This document shows, piece by piece, positions 12,986 through 26,757 of a stretch of DNA of 64,000 nucleotides (position 1 is the stretch's first letter; the number at the start of each line of letters is the position of its first letter). Under the pieces are notes generated by a model. That model saw only the letters and a program-made list of their open reading frames with translations, ran no database searches and was not told where the DNA came from. The stretch lies in NCBI RefSeq assembly GCF_006345805.1, contig NC_042997.1, positions 198,462,001-198,526,000 of the forward strand, in the 5' to 3' direction. Source of the stretch: Octopus sinensis (Eukaryota). The translations under genes were made by a program, and so were the position numbers.

Positions 12986-13014
12986 TTTATCATTATTTTT
13001 ATTATTAGTAGTAA

Positions 13015-13232
13015 AGCGGCGAGCTATCAGTATCGTTAGTACGCTGGACGAAACGCTTAGCGGCATTTCGCCTGTCTTTAGGTTCTGAGTTCAGATTCCG
13101 CTGAGGTTGACTTTGTCTTTCATCCATTTGAGGTCGATAAATTAAGTATCAGTGAAACACTGGTGTCGATGTAGTCGACTTGTCCCTTCCTCCAAAATTT
13201 CAAGCCTTGTGCCTTTAGTAGAAAGGATTATT
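13015..13232 (+). mobile_element. SINE family M (tail Y), diverged
   Basis: Same head, central block and tail Y as the other copies. Confidence 0.85.
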
Positions 13233-13571
13233 AATTATTATTATTGATCAGAGAGCAATGCATGCCATCAATGTGACACTAGTATGCTAAATGCAATATT
13301 ACCCATCATGACTGATAAGGGTTCACCAGGCATATGCATCACAACCATATGTCCGTGATATAGTGATCTCATATCAAGATAAACAGCACATGACCTTGCA
13401 GATGGGGCCCAATTAAAATTTTCTTCAGGTCGAGTTACCCATCCCGCTCAAAAGGTCCCTGAATAAGGTTTGTTTAAGGATGGTGAATGAAACACCCATG
13501 CTTCTAGAAGTGAATTATTCAAACCCCACAGAATTCCTCTCAATACATGGTTCTGACGCTCACCCAATTAA

Positions 13572-13860
13572 AGCGTGGACTACAATTGTTTCATAGCTAA
13601 AACAATGTTGGTTACATAACTTGTAACATACACAAAACCTGCTTTGTTAATCTTCAGATCTTATTAACCTTAACGTTGTTTACATTGTCATGCCGAGATG
13701 GAAAAATGATTTATCAAATTAGCTACAGCATGAATGTCAAGTTGGAAATAAGAACAACTTAAAGGTAATAAGACCTGAAGATTAACCCAGCAGATTTTAT
13801 GCGTGTTATAAGTTATGTAACTAACGCCGTTTTAGCTATGAAACAATTGTGGTCCATGCT
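13572..13860. mobile_element. Kolobok-type MITE
   Basis: TTAA|AG ... CT|TTAC termini; about 90-bp TIRs (agcgtggactacaattgtttcatagctaaaac / gttttagctatgaaacaattgtggtccatgct). Confidence 0.7.
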
Positions 13861-15637
13861 TTACCTGTCCCATTCTTTACATTCTTAATGGTTAATAAAC
13901 TAGTTTTATCGTATATTGTGCAAATGATAGAATTTTACTAATTTCCTATACCAGGATCCTTGGATCATGCTCATACATACATACATACATGACTCCATCA
14001 CTGTACGCCTGCCAAATTAATCCCACCCTTAAGAAATTCATTAGTCCGAGGCATACGTATATTTTACACACATCTATATGTGCATCTACATTGGAGTTCT
14101 ATTGTAAATTACTTTCCGGCATCTTGACGGAGGTAACATTATGTATAAGCAAATGTTTTCAAAATAGCTTCGTAACTGTTTATCATGGCAGTAGTGAAGT
14201 TAATTCGAATTTGAAAGGCCGACTCAAGCTGCCAACAGATTAACAATAATAATTTAATATTTGACAACTCATAATATTTTAAGAGTATTTGCAATACAAA
14301 TTACAATTTCGTGTGCATCTCGAACTACTCAGCTATAATACATAAAGTCCAGCTGTATTAGCTATGAGCAGAAGTAGTCCGGACCAGTAAAATACTGGAA
14401 TGTGTTTGCATTTTGTTACTACTAAGTCTTTCAGCAAACCTGTCAGTGTACTCTCTCATTTACTCAGTCCCTTTCCAATACTTGTTTTCAAGCATTTACT
14501 ATTCTTATTTCCCAGCTTTAATTACATTCTTTGCTTGCTTTTTTTCTCTGCACCATTTCACAATATTTATTTTCATTTATTTTCTTTTTTCTGTGTTTTA
14601 CCTTCTCGATTCATTCCAACACGCCTCTTTGTTATTCTATTTCTCCGTTTATGGTAATCCTTTCTTTTATTTCCTTTTAGCACTCTCTTAGATAACATTT
14701 TAATACCTTTTATGAAGCTCTGAACTCAGCAACCTCAAATTACTTTTCATTTTCTGAACACCCAGAGCTGACTCCAAGATAAAAGGTTATTGGCATCCCC
14801 TGAACAAATTTCAATTTCTCAGTCATCGATACTTTGAATCTCATCCAAACGAAATCCAACAATATTGGCAACAATTTGAAGTTGTCTGATTAACATTACA
14901 GATTTAAGCTTTTTCCAGTTGCTTGTCAAACAACACAAAATCTATTTTATGTTTCATTCGTAGCCATGGTTACAAATGGTGAAGAAATAAACGCACAATT
15001 TGTTGTTTAACATTTGCGCAGGTAATAAGATTTGCACCTAAGGTAATCTACATTCCAGACCTTTCTAAGAGAAATAATTTCCGTTCTGAATAGTTTATGT
15101 TTATTTATATAAATAATTTTCTCAGATTGATGTTTCTTTCTAAAGAGTATTCACGCCATCAAACTGTCGATATTCATTTTAATTATGAAACATTCTTCAC
15201 GTGTTTTCGAAATCTAAATAATGAAAACAATTATCAACTGCTGAGATTATACGAATACACACATACATATACACGCAAGAGGAGAAAACACTCAACCCTT
15301 TTTAGAGTATACCATTATTTAATCAGAAAATCTTTTTTATCGTGATCGTGTCTGATACCATTGCAATATACAGGTAAGCAATAATTTTCTTTCTGCGGTT
15401 TATATAAAATTAAGAGAGTTCGTTGTTTTGGCATGTTTACATAAATTGCTCCCCCGTGTTGTTTTGGTATATTTTTGCTTGTTGTCTCTAGTTATTGTTT
15501 CTTGTGTTAATTCGTCGTCTTCACTATCTTATTATATCTACGCATCGTTGTCTTGTTTCTAAGTATTTTTGGTTATCAAGCGCGGTTCACTGTTTGCTCC
15601 AGATCATGTATCTTGTTTTCCTGTTTCAATTTGGTCG

Positions 15638-15684
<47 letters not shown>

Positions 15685-15686
<2 letters not shown>

Positions 15687-16020
15687 TGAAGGCGCATGGC
15701 TCAGTGGTTAGAGCGTCGAGCTTACGATCGTGAGCTCGAATCCCAGACCGGGCTGCGTGTTGTGTTCTTGAGCAAGACACTTTATTTCACGTTGCTCTAG
15801 TTCACTCAGCTGTAGAAATGAGTTGCGACGTCACTGGTTCCATGCTGTATCGACCTTTGTCTTTCCCTTGGATAACACTGGTGGTGTGGAGAGGGCAGGC
15901 TGGTATGCATGGGCGACTGCTGGTCTTCCATAAACAACCTTGCCCGGACTTGTGTCTAGGAGGGTAACTTTCTAGGTGCAATCCCATGGTCATTCATGAC
16001 CGAAGGGGGTCGTTACCCTT
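15685..16020 (+). mobile_element. tRNA-derived SINE (CORE-like body, distinct tail)
   Basis: A-box tggctcagtgg, cgaatccc B-box remnant, ttgagcaagacactttatttcacgttgctctagttcactcagctgtag. Confidence 0.8.
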
Positions 16021-16042
16021 ATATATATATATATATATATAT

Positions 16043-16443
16043 ACTCTTTTTTACTCTTTTACTTGTTTCAGTCATTTGACTGCGGCCATGCTGGAGCACC
16101 GCCTTTAGTCGAGGAAATCGACCCCGGGACTTATTCTTTGTAAGCCCAGTACTTATTCTATCGGTCTCTTTTGCCGAACTGCTAATTGACGGGGACGTAA
16201 ACACACCAGCATCGGTTGTCAAGCAATGCTAGGGACACAAACACAGACACACACACACATACATACATATATATATATATATACATATATATGACAGGCT
16301 TCTTTCAGTTTCCGTCTACCAAGGCATTGGTCAGCCCGGGGCTATAGCAGAAGACACTTGCCCAATGTGCCACGCAGTGGGACTGAACCCGGAACCATGT
16401 GGTTGGTTAGCAAGCTACTTACCACACAGCCACTCCTGCGCCT
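16043..16443 (-). mobile_element. tRNA-derived SINE, family K (internal TA/TG microsatellite)
   Basis: Head aggcgcaggagtggctgtgtggtaagtagcttgc; tail tgactgaaacaagtaaaagagtaa; 7 copies in the window. Confidence 0.9.
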
Positions 16444-18206
16444 ATACATATATATATATATATATATTGCCTTAAGTTGTTGAATGGAAAGCTACTGGAA
16501 AAACATGATCTACAAGGCAAAATTATTGAAAGAGAGACAAAGGGACAAAACCGGCCTTGGAACAAGAAGTGGGACTTTCAAAGTTAGACACATGCAACAC
16601 TTGAAGGCATTCATCAATAGAAGAAACGCCGTGTTTTTTTTTTCTTTTGAAAGAACCGCGTTAACTGAGATATAACAGCTAGTACCGTTGGTTCTAAGAA
16701 TGTAACAGGTACTCACTGCAGGGAAACTACAACATGCAGAAGCAATGTTACTGGGTGAGGTGAGGGAATAATCAAGGTTTAATGATTCGGTGCATAGTGG
16801 GAGGGGTACCGTTTAACTGTTATTACTTTATGTTACATAATATAAAATTAAATTTAAGGTTAGTTAGCAAATACTATTATTAAACTGTGAATATTTCACA
16901 GTTCTGTCTCCTGGTATTCATGTTTTGCTCACGGTAGAAATGAAAGTACGAGCACCATAAGGCTGAAATATGTAGGCCACAGACTTTGGAGTAAAGATTT
17001 GGATTAAAGAATCAGGCAACTTAGGCAGTAACAGTGACATGTCATGGGGTTCCCGAGATGGGGGAAAGAGAGTGAGGTGTGAACAAAGTTTCCTTAAACC
17101 ATAAATCTGCCTGAAAATCTTGCACAGAATAGACTCTGCTGAAGGGACCAGATGGTACCAGAAGGTACTCAAGGTACCAGATGGTAATGTTAAAGATTGG
17201 TTAAGTCTTACTCTTACAAGTAGGTAATGTTGTGATTTGAACTCAGAGTGCAAAGGGCCAGAATAAATATTGCAGAACATCTGCTTCGACGTTCTTACAT
17301 CTTTGCCAGTGCATTACCTCTGAGAGTAACATCTTTATTGACGCTGAAGCGATAAATGGTTAAGTTCACCTGGGTAAATTTTTTAAGCTTATGGCGCAAA
17401 ATCGGAACCAATACTGCGAATCGTTCTGTCCGACTTTCTAACGACTCCGCCAATTTGCCACTGCAGCTCTGCGTTTATAGAGCAATCGGGAGCAATGGTC
17501 GTTGAAGTACATAAATACAAAGCCATGTTTGTGACCTGTTCAGCGGGTCTGGAAACGAAACTGGTTGAATGTTGGAATCGGACCCACCGGTTCTATCTTC
17601 ACATCCCGTTGTATACAAAACGACGGTAAGTATAGGTTTAATGCATTTGTTTGATCAATCTCTACACCGCAATTTAGAGATCAAATAACATAGTACCAAA
17701 AGAAAAAAAAAATGAAATCTCAAAGTATATCACATGTACCGATTCAACCCCAGCCATCGATACTTTCAATCTTATCCAAACAAATTACAACATACACCCA
17801 CACATATAAACACGCGCTTACAGGCAGACATCTTCGGCAACATATTGTCGCTTATGATAAGCTACGCTCTATTCAAAATACTGCAAAACAATTTATTTTA
17901 AAATATTGAATAATTATTTAATGATTTAAATTCTATTCCACTTCACAATAAATTCAATTGAGAAGTCGATAAAAGAGAGTGAATCGAATTTGATACACGA
18001 GACAAGACTACGACAGTTTAAGCGATAAAGAGAAAAGAAATTTTAATAGTTTTTTTTTTTTAGTTTAAATATGTTGTGTAGCACGAGATAACATATGCAA
18101 TAAAATATCAGGAGAGAATTATATTAGTTGCTTGAGATACACTTAACTATACAAACACTAGATTACTCCTTTAGAAAAAGAATGCAAGTATTCTTAAAGG
18201 TGCTTT

Positions 18207-18591
18207 GTGGAAGCACTCCGTCGGTTACGACGACGAGGGTTCCGGTTGATCCGATCAACGGAACAGCCTGCTCGTGAAATTAACGTCTAAGTGGCTGAGC
18301 ACTCCACAGACACGTGTACCCATAACGTAATTCTCGGGGATATTCAGCGTGACACAGAGAGTGAAAAGGCCGGCCCTTTGAAATACAGGTACAACAGAAA
18401 CAGGAAGTAAGAGTGAGAGAAAGTTGTGGTGAAAGAGTACAGCAGGGATCACCACCATCCCCTGCCGGAGCCTCGTGGAGCTTTAGGTGTTTTTGCTCAA
18501 TAAACACTCACAACGCCCGGTCTGGGAATCGAAACCGCGATCCTACGACCGCGAGTCCGCTGCCCTAACCACTGGGCTATTGCGCCTCCAC
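18207..18591 (-). mobile_element. SINE family R, tail A
   Basis: Head gtggaggcgcaatagcccagtgg; 12-bp TSD taaaggtgcttt at 18195-18206 and 18592-18603. Confidence 0.9.
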
Positions 18592-18783
18592 TAAAGGTGC
18601 TTTAGACGGGTGAGGGCGATGTAACTGATGCTGGTCTTGAACTTTGCAGTTCGCAGTTTAGAGAAGATTTGTGAGATGGGACGAAATCCTGGTAGATTAT
18701 GCGGCAGGGTCGGACCAATCTGGACAGAACCTTACTACTGGAACAATAATGGAATGTAAGCGGATTACCTTTCCTTAGTTGTT

Positions 18784-19200
18784 CTAGTAATTGGACTGCG
18801 GTCATGCATGGACACCGTCTTGATGAGTTTAGTCGAATAGATCGACACCGATGTTTATTTGTTAAGCCTGGTACAGATTATATCGGACTCTTTTGTCGAA
18901 CAGCTAAGTTACTGGGACATAAGCAAACCAACACCAGATGTCAAATGATAATGGAGGACAAACGAGCACACACATACGCACATTCAACACATTCACGCAT
19001 ATACACACATTCACACACATACATACATTCAATACATTCACGCACATGATGGGTTTCTTTCAGTTTCCGTCTGCCAAATCTACTCACAAGGCTTCACTCG
19101 GCTCAAGGCAATAAAAAAAGACATTTGGCCTAAAGTGCCACACAGTGGGACTGAACACGGAACCATGAGACTGGGAAGCCATCTTTTATCATACATCTGC
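18784..19200 (-). mobile_element. SINE family K, old diverged copy
   Basis: Diverged match including ttctttcagtttccgtctgccaaatc and gtgggactgaacacggaacc. Confidence 0.75.
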
Positions 19201-19588
19201 CTCCGTGCCTACAGGAATATACATTTTTAATTGGTTTAACGTGGCTTTTTAGAATTCCAGAAAATGGATCTCATTCAATGCTGTAAATTAAATGTGTAAC
19301 TATTACAAATAAAAATTTAATCAATATTAAATAGAAGCGACAAAAGTCAATTTTACGTTGACAGATTTCGCTTTTTCATTAAACTTTAGATATCCAAATA
19401 ATTTTCTCCGTCCTTTCAAGTACGTGTGTACGTATGTGCTTAGGCTATTTATGCAACTACGCATGGGAACATCCCTGTACGCCTGTGTTTATGTGCATCT
19501 ATGTATGTAACGGTATATTTCTACATAGATGCTGGATGAATACATTTAGTTGTTTCTCATCCCTAAATATACAGATTTTCTCTACATA

Positions 19589-20829
19589 CAGGGTGCGTAA
19601 GTTTTTTGAGGACATACCTTTATTGGGTCATTGCTGCATTTTTTGCTAACTCTGTATAATCTTTGTTTCAGTTGATAATAATGGTAGACCCTCAGCTTAC
19701 AGAAAGGAAGAGGCATGCTGTTATAGTGGTTATAAAGGCTGAGCACAGCGATTTAGAAATATCTCGATTTTTGAAAGTTGTCAGATCTTGCGACTAAAAA
19801 GTTTGTAAGCAGCTAGAAACTGAAGACGGGAATGTATCACCAGTATCAAAGCATAAAAAAGCATTCTAAACACTCTGAAATCATCAGAACATCTGAATTT
19901 ATCTAGGAAGTTCAAAAGACCATTGATCACAATCCCAGAAGGTCCATGAGGTCAATTGCAAAAGATCTCCATGTATCAGAAGGAACAGTCAGAAATGTTT
20001 TCCACGAAGACATCAGATATAAGTCTTATATGATGAAGAAAGTTCAATTTGTTAGAAAAAGCAAAAGAAAATCACTAAATCAGATCTAAAAGGTTTTTAA
20101 ACAAACTGAAAAATCCAGTAGAAGATTTGATTTGGCTTTTCTCAAATGAGAAAAACTTCGACTAAGATCAAAAAGGTAATAGAAGATTTGACAGAGGGTT
20201 ATGTGCAGACCCATCTGAACTTCCAAATGTTATACATACAAACTTTCCTGCAACTGTCATGGTTTTAGGGGTTGTTAGCAATGAAGGACATGTGATACCT
20301 CCTTACTTCTCTCCACAAGGCCCTAGAGTTAACTCTACCACCTACATTGAGGTCCTGGAAACAATTGTTAAACCCTGGATAGACAGTATATGCAATGAAA
20401 GGCCATATGTATTTCAGTAAGATTCTATACTATCACACATGGCTCTAGTAACACAGGAATGGATGGCTGAAAGTTTTCATGATCACATAACCCCTAACAT
20501 TTGGCCTCCTAATTCCCCAAATCTCGATCCATTGGATCGTTGTTGAGAGAGATCAATGAACACGTTCACAACACTAAAGATTCTTTGAAAGCTGTCACCG
20601 TTAGAGTAATGTCCAAAATGAACCAGGTCCACTTGATTCGAGCATGTAGATGATTTAGACCTCATATAGAAGCAGTTGTTGAAACTGAAGGTGGCTTTAT
20701 TGAATAACATTATAGAAAAGAAGGTTTATTTGTATCCTCATAGCACTTTTTGATAAAGATATTATCTGTTATTATATCTCTGTTTTTCTTATAAACATAA
20801 ATCTGTCCTCAAATATCTTACGCACCCTG
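19589..20829 (+). mobile_element. Full-length DD37D (maT/Bmmar1-like) Tc1/mariner transposon, decayed
   Basis: TA|cagggtgcgtaagttttttgaggaca ... tgtcctcaaatatcttacgcaccctg|CA TIRs. Confidence 0.9.
19681..20707 (+). pseudogene. DD37D transposase, disrupted
   Basis: FSNEKNF; VMVLGVVSNEG; FQ*DSILSH...WPPNSPNLDPLD with 37 residues between the last two Asp; several stops and frameshifts. Confidence 0.9.
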
Positions 20830-20993
20830 CATATCTTGGCATAATTTTATTTTTATTGACTGCTCTATATAATTTACCCACATTCCTGTACGTTAAGCGA
20901 TGTTTTGTATACATACTTTTCCCTTTTTCCATGTATATTATCTGTACCTCTAGTTATTGTATTACACACACACACATACATACATATACATAC

Positions 20994-21026
<33 letters not shown>

Positions 21027-21120
21027 GGTGAAGAAGTCACGAAAAAAAAAACAAAAGACGAAGACAGGTGGTGTAGACAAGAAATAGAAGTATTAGTATA
21101 ACGCTAGGGATTGAAAAAGT

Positions 21121-21156
21121 CTTTTCCGTTTCGAGCCTATGCTCTTCCAAAGAAAG
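21121..21156 (-). ncRNA. Decayed minimal hammerhead-like motif
   Basis: cttt CTTTGGA a gagc atag gctc GAAA cgga aaag: helix I, helix II and GAAA intact, core and UH decayed. Confidence 0.4.
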
Positions 21157-22824
21157 GAACACAGAAAGAAACAGGGAGAGAAAATAGAGGATTCTACAAT
21201 CTATTTAATAATCTCTACCCCTGTAGATAATGTTTCAGGTATCTTCAGTAGAGACTGTGAAGTGAACTTTTCACTCATATTTAACCACTTCAACGAATAG
21301 AAAGCAGTGAAAGAAATTATAATTGTATTTACAATATAAATGAATGACAGAGAGAGGCATGGGGGCGGAGAAAAAGTCCCCGTTACTTGTCTTTCTTTCG
21401 GACCGTTTTGTGTGTGTGTGTGTGTGGGGGGGGGGTGTCTGTGTGTGCTAAAGTTGAATGGCTGCCACATGTAAATTTCGTTGTTTTTCAACGTCTGTCA
21501 TAAGCAGAACACTCCACGTACAATAAAACTGCATTTGTGTTTTGTATGAATTCTCGATATAGGTACCTATAACACTGTCTCATTCAGTTTTGTAAGGAAG
21601 AGAAGCATGTCAAAATCATTTTACTTCTTTCTTCTTTCTTCGTCGTGTATTGAATAATCCATTTAATAACATCTGTATATGTGACAAACCGTTTCAATGT
21701 ATCGTGTATCTTCAGTATAGCGGGCAAAATAAACATGATAATTATATTTAAATACTTCAGCAAGAAGACCGTGACAAGAATTGTAATTGTTTTCATTCCA
21801 AATCAGAAGCGAATAAACAAAGATGACATAGGTTCAAAGTTTCGTCTTATAACATCACCGTAAGCACTATCATTCAAAATAGTAAATCTTCTCACACTTA
21901 TGGATTTCCCGTCACATTTTGTTATGCTCTCTCTCTTACTCGTATTCAAAAAAATCTACAGGTCACTGCTTCGTAGACAATCTTTTGTTCTGTAAGGTAG
22001 ATATCTTCATTCATTGAATTGATTTCTTATATTGACTTGGACCTACATATATTAGAGCGAAGCATAATCAGTTTATTCGACATCCTAGTATATAATTACA
22101 GTTTGTTATTGTTGCGAAGAAAAGTAAAGTTGAGTGCAACAGGATGTGAACTTTGGTTAACTAAAATAACTAAATGTCGAAAGGCATTTTCCCCGACAAT
22201 CAACTGTATCTGTCATTCTGAACCATTTCTTTATAACGAATCTTATAAGCCACTTAAGGATTTTCTTTATAGAGATATGCAGAACTTTAATAGAACTGGC
22301 TCAAATTCAGAAAATCTTATCTTTTAAAATACTATTTTATTGAACAGTTTCAGCAACTACCCGGTTTCAAGTGCTACAAAAGACAATTTATTCTTATACT
22401 GTTTCACATTTAAATATGTTCATAATTTAAAAAATATGTAGGTTTTGCTCACTGTACATATAACAGTCACTTTTCATAATGTTTGACTATATTTTACATT
22501 TGGAAAAAAGAATGGTTAATCCGATTCATTGGCCAAAATACTTAAATATTGTAGAAGGAAAGAAACATTTAAACGTGAAAAAAAAATTGAAAATATTTCT
22601 TTCACCCGTGTCACCTAAAACTGAAGATATTGCGAATGGAAATTTTAACAGTATTCTATTTTCTATGAAATATAATTTACCTCCAGCAATTATTACAGAT
22701 ATTGGCAAAAACACACCTGAATAAACAAAGTTCCGTGCCAATATATTCAAAATACAATGTGAAACAATGAAAGACTAAATTATTTTCTATTTTCTATGGA
22801 ATGGCGTTTGAATGAGGAATTTTA

Positions 22825-23031
22825 ATTTACTCTTTTACTTGTTTCAGTCATTTTGACTGCGGCCATGCTGGAGCACCGCCTTTGGTCGAGCAAATCGACC
22901 CCGGGACTTATTCTTTGTAAGCCCAGTGCTTATTCTATTTGTCTCTTTTGCCGAACCGCTAAGTTATGGGGACGTAAACACACCAGCATCGGTTGTCAAG
23001 CGATGTTGGGGGGACAAACACAGACACACAA

Positions 23032-23083
<52 letters not shown>

Positions 23084-23168
23084 GACAGGCTTCTTTCAGT
23101 TTCCGTCTACCAAATCCACTCACAAGGTATTGGTCAGCCCGGGATTATAGCAGAAGACATTTGCCCAA
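22825..23168 (-). mobile_element. SINE family K, 5'-truncated
   Basis: Body and tail match the other K copies; head missing. Confidence 0.9.
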
Positions 23169-23780
23169 AAATTAAATGGGAGATATGTTATACTATATAA
23201 ATTTAACAAACCGTTTCTACAAAATTCGGCACCCAATCAAAGACACGCACCTCTTATAGCATACATATACACTTGTACACACACACACATATAGAAATTA
23301 TATACATACATATATATATATATATTTATATATATATATATAATGACACACAAAGGTAAGAAGAGATAGTGGTTGTAGAAACCGACTAAGGGATACAAAA
23401 AATCTATTTACTATCAGTATCAATTACCTGTGCTTTCCCTGGGCATGGGTATGCAGGCACACTATGCTAATAAGGTACAGGTAACAGCAGAATAGAAAGT
23501 TTATCATTTAAATAATCAGAAAATGAAGAAAAGTTTAGATCAACAAAAAAATCGTTAAATTATTTAATACAAAACATGACATAAAATTTCTGACTAGCCT
23601 GGTTTAGGGGTATTTCTGACTCTCTTCAGTGCTTGACACATCGTCTGTTAGCAGACGTTTTGTATTATTTCCGTATATACATATATATGTATACATATAT
23701 TCTATAAGAAATATTGTTTAATTCTATTTGATTATTTATTTAAAATATGTATTTATTTAACTATTTATGTTATTGTTGTT

Positions 23781-23882
23781 GACCTGAGAAGTGACTATAC
23801 TTTTAGATTGAATTGTTCTTGGATTGAATTTAAATTTCATTGAAATTCGAATTGTAGTTATAGCCACGAAACGTACATAGTC
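23781..23882 (+). ncRNA. Decayed hammerhead-like motif with long helix II loop
   Basis: gac CTGAGAA gtgactata [59 nt] tatagccac GAAA cgtacat a gtc. Confidence 0.5.
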
Positions 23883-24039
23883 TTTTTACTTATATGTTTT
23901 TTCATTATTATGTACTTTTTGTGATCTATATGTATAATTTTTAATCATATATTTTTTCTATATGATATGGTTTATGTCTATCAATGTTTGAATTACATAA
24001 TAGTGGTTTTTCTCTAATTTATATCTATATATATATATT

Positions 24040-24476
24040 CATGCATATGTACATATATAGATATATACATACACACATATAGACATTTATATACATATAA
24101 ACACATATATACATATAGACATTTATATACATATACACACATATATATACATATAGACATTTATATACATATACACACATATATATACATATAGACATTT
24201 ATATACATATACACACATATATATATATAGACACACATATATATACATATAGACATTTATATACATATAGACACACATATATATATACATATAGACATTT
24301 ATATACATATAGACACATATATATATACATATAGACATTTATATACATATACACACATATACATATACTGATACGTATATAAATACATATACACACACGT
24401 ATAACACATATACACATACATATATCAATAAATATACACATATATACCTACACACATACACACACATACGCACAGA

Positions 24477-24520
<44 letters not shown>

Positions 24521-24525
24521 TACAC
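24040..24525. repeat. About 36-40-bp minisatellite grading into (CA)n
   Basis: Unit approx atatatacatatagacatttatatacatatacacacat, about 8 copies. Confidence 0.9.
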
Positions 24526-24587
24526 ATACATTCTTTGCCTCTTTGGCTACAGGTAAAGTAGCAAAGAATTCTTCTGGTTTGTTTACT

Positions 24588-25200
24588 TGCCTGTGTATAT
24601 ATTGTTTTAGCATATACTTGTACGTGGATGTAACGTCGCTTTTTTTATTTGTTTTGCCAGATTTTCGTGATACTCGTTGGAAAAATGCGTCTTGAAACAG
24701 ATATTGTTCATATTGAGAGGTTAATCTTGCAGAAGAAGAATAAAATTGGCCAGTGTTTATGTACGTATATGTTCTATTCTTTTGTGTATATACGTATATA
24801 CACACACATTTTATTTACAGTACGGAGTATGTCCGTTGAAGAATATACGCGTGTTCTCAGCTGTTGTCTAGTCTCCAAACAATCAGAATGTACTTCCTTC
24901 CATGGCCAATTTTAGAGACTTCGTGAGATTATCATTTCTTCTCATCTTAAGATGGTCCCAATTCCAATCAATTTCTTGTTCGACTCCCCCAGAAAATGAA
25001 GAAAATGTTAATTCATCAAGAATAGTAGACTCTGGCCAATCTTAGTTATTTCGCTTCGGTAAGATTAACGACCCAATATGGACAATAACCGTTTCAAGAC
25101 GCATTTTTCCAACGAGTATATCGAGAATCTGGCGAAACAAATACAAAAGTGATATTACATACAAGCACAAGTATATGGCTAAACATTATATACGCATGCA
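24588..25200. mobile_element. MITE-like element with about 170-bp diverged TIRs
   Basis: 24588-24755 is the inverted match of 25030-25200 (e.g. atactcgttggaaaaatgcgtcttgaaac / gtttcaagacgcatttttccaacgagtat). Confidence 0.7.
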
Positions 25201-25289
25201 GACATCCATTCTCGCCCGCGTGTATACACATATATACACACAAGCATCTATTCATACAAACGCATGTAGGCATCTACACGTACATACAT

Positions 25290-26420
<1,131 letters not shown>

Positions 26421-26708
26421 TAAGTATCAATAAACATAAAATGTACCTATGTATAACATACGCACAATTTGTGCAGAAATGCAAATAGAAATTCCGAGAG
26501 TATTGAATTATTTTCTATTTCAAGAGGAAAGTATTTCACTGAAATTAAATATACTTTCCATCTAGAAAGTGAAAGATTAGATGTTGAGAAACACTACATC
26601 ATAAAATCATATGAGAAGAAATAACAAATAATGATGAGTATAAATACTGAAAAACATAGAAGCAAGTTGTTTAAGCTTATGTAAAATAACTGAATAACGA
26701 AAACCTGA

Positions 26709-26757
<49 letters not shown>

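Noticed and set aside
13245-13565. Segment I recall as a common octopus interspersed repeat
   Set aside because: Single copy here, with no termini or coding motif visible, so not supportable from this window
23570-23640. Minus-strand CTGAAGA ... GAAA
   Set aside because: No helix II pairing between the core halves
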